Origin: Eledone cirrhosa
Taxonomy: Eukaryota
Assembly: GCA_964016885.1 (NCBI GenBank)
Contig: OZ024761.1
Coordinates: 26,536,001-26,600,000 of the forward strand
Length of the DNA: 64,000 nt
Direction: 5' to 3'
The notes under the pieces were generated by a model. The model did not search any database and was not told where the DNA came from. It was given only the letters and a program-made list of their open reading frames with translations. A program made the position numbers and the translations under genes. Positions 57,301 through 64,000 of the stretch are shown here, piece by piece; position 1 is the first letter of the stretch, and every line of letters starts with the position of its first letter.

Positions 57301-57599
57301 ATGTATATGTTTGTATGTATGTATAAACTCAAGTGGGACGCATTATACTCGATAAATTCATAATTTATTTTAATTTCCCTCACGGACAGAAAAGGAAAAA
57401 CAAAACCCTAGTGGCAATCATTAACGACACAAAAACAAGCAAGGGAGATAATCGACATAAATTAAGAATACATTCTTGGTTGAATTTATATTTATGGAAA
57501 TCTATTCTAATGACACCTTCGAGTTATTTTCTCTGAGTGTCTTTTAAGTTTTAATTCTATAAATAATATTTCTTCAACAATGTATGGAACTGTTTTCGC

Positions 57600-58970
57600 C
57601 TGTTAACCCTTATGGTGTCAAACCGCCTGGAACTAACGTCTTCGTTTGCACCTAAAAACCTTCCATCATACTTTTATATAAGAACCTTTGTTAAGTTATG
57701 TTCCATCTCCCATCTTAATCCTTTTCATATCAAATCACCTGAAACTGACAAGACATCACTATTTATTTCAAAGACTTAATATGTAACTGAAAATATTTTA
57801 TCATGATTTTATGTAAGAACCTTTGTTAAGTTATGTTCCAACTCTCAACTTAACCGGAAGCTACCCCTAATTCTACGATATCCTTTAATTTCTTTAAAGC
57901 TTTTATCTTTATACATAAAAAAACCTTCCATCATAATTTTATGTAAGAACCTTTGTTAAGTTATGTTCCAACTCTCAACTTGACCGGAAACTACCCCTAG
58001 TTCTGCATTATAAAAGTGTTTGCTTTAAAGTTTTTATATTTACATATAAAAACATTCCATCATAATTCTACATGAGATCCTTTGTTAAGTTATGTTCCAA
58101 CTTCCAACTTATCCCTTATCATATAAAACCGCCTGAAACCAAACGATTCAAAACTATTTATTTTCAAGTCTTTGTATGTATCTGAAAATATTTTATCATA
58201 ATTTTATGTTAGAACCTTTGATAAGTTATTTCCAAATCCCAGCTTAATCCTTTTGATACCAAACCATCTGATACCACTCATGGTTATATGGTACACAATT
58301 ATTTATCTTAAATTCATTGTATTTATCTAAAAAAACCGCTCATCATAATTTTATGCAAAAACCTATGTTAAGTTATGTTCCAAATCAAAGCTCATACACC
58401 CATGAATAGTATGAGGTGGTTTGGTACCTAATGTCTTTGTATTCATCTAAAAAAAAAATACCTTCCATTATAATTTTATGTAAGAACCTTTATTAAGTTA
58501 TGTTCCGAACACCAGCTTAATTATTAAACTTAATAGAAAAAAATTCAAAATTGGGCTGTGTGTTTCAAAAGAAATATAATAATAAAAAATTAAAAATGTT
58601 TATCTAAATCTAAAAACCTTCCACCATAATTTTTTGCAAGAACCTTTGTTAAGTTATGTTCCAAACACCAACATAATAAGATAATAAACTTCCACCATAA
58701 CATTTTGTAAGAACCTTTGTTAACCTTTTAGTATTTACATTACTCTATATTTATTGTATTTTCACGGTAAATACTTTATTTCACATAATTATCTCACACA
58801 ATATCAAATCTACGAGATTTTGATATCATTTATTTTGAGAACAATACCTTAACATAACTATGAGCAGCTGGTTATGGCCGGTTTGAACAGAAAGAGGTGA
58901 GAGAATTCTGGCCGGATATGGCCAGTTTAAATGCTACAGGGTTAAGTTATGTTCCAAACACCAACTTAAT
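57600..58970. repeat. Degenerate ~130-bp tandem array with a TTAA MITE inserted at 58720-58945
   Basis: aagaacctttgttaagttatgttcc recurs about 9 times; the last unit is split at TTAA. Confidence 0.8.
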
Positions 58971-59830
58971 AACGAAACAGATAGTTACATCACTATATTC
59001 TTGAAAATTCTAGGTTATTTTGAAAAAGATATATGAAAATTATGAGATTTTTCAAGTCTATAGGACGATTCGTAGGCTATGGGCACTGTCCCTTCTCCCT
59101 GGCCCCCTCCCCCCACAGATGCCGGATTAAAGAATGTTTGTGTCTTTACCTTATAGAATGGCTGTTGGTAATAGAATCCTATAAAATCCAGACTTGATTC
59201 AATCAGTTGGTTGAGAAAACTGTGGTGTTACTACTACTAGTAGTGGTGATGGTGGTGGTAGTAGTAGTAGTGGTGATGGTGGTGGTAGTAGTAGTAGTGG
59301 TGGTGGTGGTGGTGGTGGAGGTGGTAGTAGTAGTAGTGGTGGTGGTGGTGGTAGTGGTAGTGGGGTGCTGGTGGTGGAGGTGGTAGTAGTAGTGGTGGTG
59401 GTGGTGGTGGTGGTAGTAGTAGTGGTGGTGGTGGTGGTGGCGGTGGTGGTGGTAGTAGTAGTAGTGGTGGTGGTGGTGGTAGTAGTGGTGGTAGTGGGGT
59501 GCTGGTGGTGGAGGTGGTAGTAGAAGTGGTTGTGGTGGTGGTGGTAGTAGTAGTGGTGGTGGTGGCGGTAGTGGTGGTAGTGGGGTGCTGGTGGTACTGG
59601 TGGTAGTAGAAGTGGTTGTGGTGGTAGTGGCGATGGTAGTAGTAGTAGTAGTAGTGAAGATACGGTGGTATAGCTGGTTATGCCATACAAATCATAATAA
59701 TTATTGTTGTTGTTGTTATTGTTGTTGTTGTTGTTGTTGTTGTTGTTACTGTTGTTGTTGTTGTTGTTACTGTTGTTGTTGTTCTACTTAATGTTAAATC
59801 TATGTCCACGTGCCGGTATGAGTAATGATC

Positions 59831-59884
<54 letters not shown>

Positions 59885-59907
59885 GATGCTGCTACTGTTG
59901 CTGCTGT

Positions 59908-59987
<80 letters not shown>

Positions 59988-60029
59988 TTGTTACTACTAC
60001 TACTACTACTACTACCCCAGCCACTTTCT

Positions 60030-60450
60030 GTACCAGTAATGCATTGGGGTTAATTAAATCGGCCTCCCACCGTCAACTTTCAACCTTACGGGGTCGATAA
60101 AATAAATTACCGATAAAGTAAAGTACCGATAAAAGTAGATAAAAGTAAAGTACCGATAGAATCGACTTTTCTCTCCTCCCACAAATTTCTGGCCTTGTGC
60201 CTATAATAGAAATCGTGGATTGGCAGTATCGGTAGAGGGTCGGACGCCATGTTAGGGCGGTGGATTGGCAGTATCGGTAGAGGGTCGGACGCCATGCTTT
60301 ACAGCAAAGAGTTACGTCCCTTTATGGTCTGAGTTCAAATCCCGCCGAGGTTAACTTTGCCTTTCATCCTTACGGGGGTCGATAAAATAAAGTACCAGTA
60401 ATGTTCTGGTTTAATTGCTGGCCTTGTGCCAAAAGTAGAAACAATTATTG
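60030..60450 (+). mobile_element. SINE A cluster with duplicated 5' end
   Basis: gtggattggcagtatcggtagagggtcggacgccatg occurs twice, followed by a full body. Confidence 0.85.
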
Positions 60451-60596
60451 GTCTTATATTTAATTCAACTCTTCAATGTATTTCTGAGCACTGTTCAATG
60501 TGTCTTGGATATGTGCAGCCATGATTTTTCTATTGTATTGAGATAACTGTTTGTAATATGTCTGTGTTGTATTGTTGTTGTTATTGCTGTTGTTGG

Positions 60597-60632
<36 letters not shown>

Positions 60633-60797
60633 AGTTGTTGTTGCTGTTGGTGTTGGTGTTGTTGTTGTTTTTGTTGTTGTTGCTGTTGGTGTTGGTGTTG
60701 TTGTTGTTACTGTTGTTGCTGTGGTTGCTGCTGTTGTAGCTGCTGTTATTATTGTTGTTGTTGCTGATCTTTTAGCGGATGTTATTGCTGCCGTTGT

Positions 60798-60829
<32 letters not shown>

Positions 60830-61184
60830 TTGTTGTTGATAAGATGTCGTTCCATAATGTCTATTGAAATACAACGGCGATGGTTGAAGACTTGCTTGAC
60901 ACCTCTGTATGACATCACCACCACCATCATCATCATCACCATATTCCCACCACCACTACCACCATCACCAACCACCACCACCTACCATCACCACCACCAT
61001 CACCATATTCCCACCACCACTGCCACCATCACCACCAACCCCACCATTATATCAACCAACCAGTTGTTTGTATATATTGTATATATAAAGCCATATTGTT
61101 TATATAGTGGATAAATTGAAGTTGTGATAACTACAGAGTGTTTATATACACACATACATACACACAGACACACAAACACGTACA

Positions 61185-61287
<103 letters not shown>

Positions 61288-61306
61288 CATATATATACAT
61301 ATATAC

Positions 61307-61358
<52 letters not shown>

Positions 61359-61752
61359 GCATATAAATAAATATATATATATATATATATATATTATTCA
61401 AAATGTTAATAAATGAAAAATATTCTCATAATCAAAATATATTTTATTATACATATTTCATATATATATATATATATGCAAAAGTTCTATTTAAATTGTT
61501 GGGATACAACAAGCAAATATTTTTATAACTGATATAAAGCACTCAACAAGTATTTGGAGTAAACATACGAGATTAACAAATGGAAACTATATTTATAAAA
61601 CCATATTTATTTCATTATACATATTTCAAGGACACCAAGTTAAATTATGGTGTGCTTTCATCAGACAAAATATAATATAGATCAGTTTTATAAATAAATA
61701 TTGACACACCCTTAAAAAATGCAACCATTACTGTTGGAAGCTCCCGGATATA

Positions 61753-61913
61753 TACATGGACACACTAGAAGAGGAAGACCAAGGTTAACATATGTTGATG
61801 CCCTAAGGACAGACACTGGTCTGTTGGAGATGCAGGATATGGCAGCGATAATGAGGGACAGAGGCCGCTGGAGAGAACTCGTCCATGGATCTCGGGAATT
61901 TTACCCGCCTTAG
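61753..61913 (+). mobile_element. RTE LINE 3' end, 5'-truncated
   Basis: HGHTRRGRPRLTYVDALRTDTGL...MRDRGRWRELV; overlaps and completes the 322-629 copy. Confidence 0.85.
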
Positions 61914-61973
61914 ATATATATATATATATATATATACGTTATTCCGGGTTGAATCGGAGGTAACCACAGTAAG

Positions 61974-62028
61974 TGAGATTCCTGATGATTTCTAAAGAAT
62001 GAAACAGTTCTAGTCCTGTAGAATCTCA
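61974..62028 (+). ncRNA. Complete type I hammerhead ribozyme
   Basis: tgagattc-CTGATGA-tttc-taaa-gaat-GAA-ACAG-ttctagtc-CTGT-A-gaatctca. Paralogs at ~36650-36705(-) and a degenerate one at ~24995-25045. Confidence 0.85.
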
Positions 62029-62035
62029 TCTCTCT

Positions 62036-62100
<65 letters not shown>

Positions 62101-62105
<5 letters not shown>

Positions 62106-62280
62106 CAGTATCGGTAGAGGGTCGGACGTCATGCTTTGACGCATAGAGTTACGAGCCTTTCCATTCTGAGTTCAAATCCCGCTGAGGTTGACTTTGCTTT
62201 TCATCCTTACGGGGTCGATAAAATAAAGTACCAGTAATACATTGGTAATTGCTGGCCTTCTGCCTAAATGTAGAAACAAT
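62101..62280 (+). mobile_element. SINE A
   Basis: Matches the family. Confidence 0.9.
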
Positions 62281-62471
62281 CCGTAGAGAGTTTAACCTGG
62301 CAGAGCCCAACCCTCTCCAAGTCTGAACACAGCCGATTTCTTTCTATAAAGGAAGAATCGACCCCAGTAGTGAACTGGTATTATTATTAAATTGAAAAGA
62401 TGAAAGGTAAAGATGACCCCGGCAGGATTTGAACTCAGAGCAGGCAATATGGTGGAACGAATACCGTAATG

Positions 62472-63105
62472 CATGTATGTCAAACATGCGGCCCTTTACA
62501 AGCACACCTGCGGCCCGCACAAAGGTTTTTGCAGCGCGAAGATGTTTTATCTTCGTAATATATATAATAAAAAAAAATTGTTATAATGTGCGCAATTAGT
62601 TGTGTGTGGCCCTCAGACAACACATATGAGACCTATGTGGCCCTCAGACAACACATATGAGACCTATGTGGCCCTTAGACAACACATATGAGACCTATGT
62701 GGCCCTCAGACAACACATATGTGACATATGTGGCCCTCAGACAACACATATGTGACCTATGTGACCCTCAGACAACACATATGTGACATATGTGGCCCTC
62801 AGACAACACATGTGTGACTCATGTGGCCCTCAGACAACACATGTGTGACTCATGTGGCCCTCAGACAACACATGTGTGACTCATGTGACCCTCAGACAAC
62901 ACATGTGTGACTCATGTGGCCCTCAGACAACACATGTGTGACTCATGTGACCCTCAGACAACACATATGTGACCTATGTGGCCCTCAGACAACACATATG
63001 TGACATATGTGACCCTCAGACAACACATATGTGACATATGTGGCCCTCAGACAACACATGTGTGACATATGTGGCCCTCGGGGCAGCCTCAGTTAGACAT
63101 GCCTG
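62472..63105. mobile_element. hAT-like MITE with internal 31-bp minisatellite, inserted in a minus-strand SINE
   Basis: TIRs catgtatgtcaaac / gttagacatgcctg; 8-bp TSD ccgtaatg / ccgtaaag; about 15 units atgtggccctcagacaacacatatgtgac.. at 62604-63079. Confidence 0.85.
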
Positions 63106-63452
63106 CCGTAAAGCATTCTGTCCGACGTCTGAACGACTCTGCCAATTCGCTGCTTATCTCCCTTGATAACCAGTCATACCCCCGTCCCATCCACTTCACA
63201 CGTAATGTACTATACAACAGAAATGAAGGATGACTGTACTGATATGTAACCGTCACCTAGTTTGCTAACATAACTTCACACATAACTTCACACACGCACA
63301 CACACATACACATACACACACACAGCGAACACACACACGCACACACACACACACACACAGAACACACACACTCTCTCTCACACATCCGGCATATATATCT
63401 ACATTTTATATAAATGATTTATATATATTTACATTATATCTTTATGTGTATA

Positions 63453-63484
<32 letters not shown>

Positions 63485-63491
63485 CATATAC

Positions 63492-63632
<141 letters not shown>

Positions 63633-63734
63633 CGTACACACACACATATATATATGTATATAATATATATATATATATATCTCATGTCTGTATGTATATA
63701 TATATAAATATATATATATAAATATATATATATA

Positions 63735-63802
<68 letters not shown>

Positions 63803-63813
63803 AATATATATAC

Positions 63814-63872
<59 letters not shown>

Positions 63873-63882
63873 TATATATATA

Positions 63883-63918
<36 letters not shown>

Positions 63919-64000
63919 AATATACAAACAGATATACCTACCATCACAAAGGCACAAAGAGACCTTCCACTCCAAATATCCATTGAACAAGTTCGATGTG

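Noticed and set aside
62604-63079. CRISPR-like 31-bp repeats
   Set aside because: No unique spacers, no cas genes, and located inside a hAT MITE in eukaryotic DNA.

Overview
Eukaryotic, gene-poor, repeat-saturated window. SINE content and (TA)n/(CA)n/(GGT)n density most resemble a cephalopod (Octopus-type) genome; this is an inference. No intact protein-coding gene is supportable, and almost all long ORFs are microsatellite artefacts. There is a 200-N gap at 46825-47024. Main signal: short repeat fragments from several families sit inside (TA)n tracts and carry minimal type I hammerhead ribozymes (HHR: CUGANGA, stem II, GAAA, palindromic stem III), the known signature of Penelope-like elements (PLEs). 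Many of these fragments form head-to-head fold-backs whose breakpoints fall at or near the ribozyme. In two unrelated families the sense copy starts at the predicted self-cleavage site, and two families use a U3-A8 (UUGAAAA) core. Also present: a 5'-inverted (twin-primed) RTE insertion with TSD and an empty host site in the same window; two copies of a ~605-bp bipartite RTE-like element ending in a C2H2 finger; two tRNA-derived SINE families, including a probable 3' transduction; hAT, piggyBac, Tigger and mariner-like MITEs in nested insertions; and several minisatellites. All structures were read by eye and none was computed.
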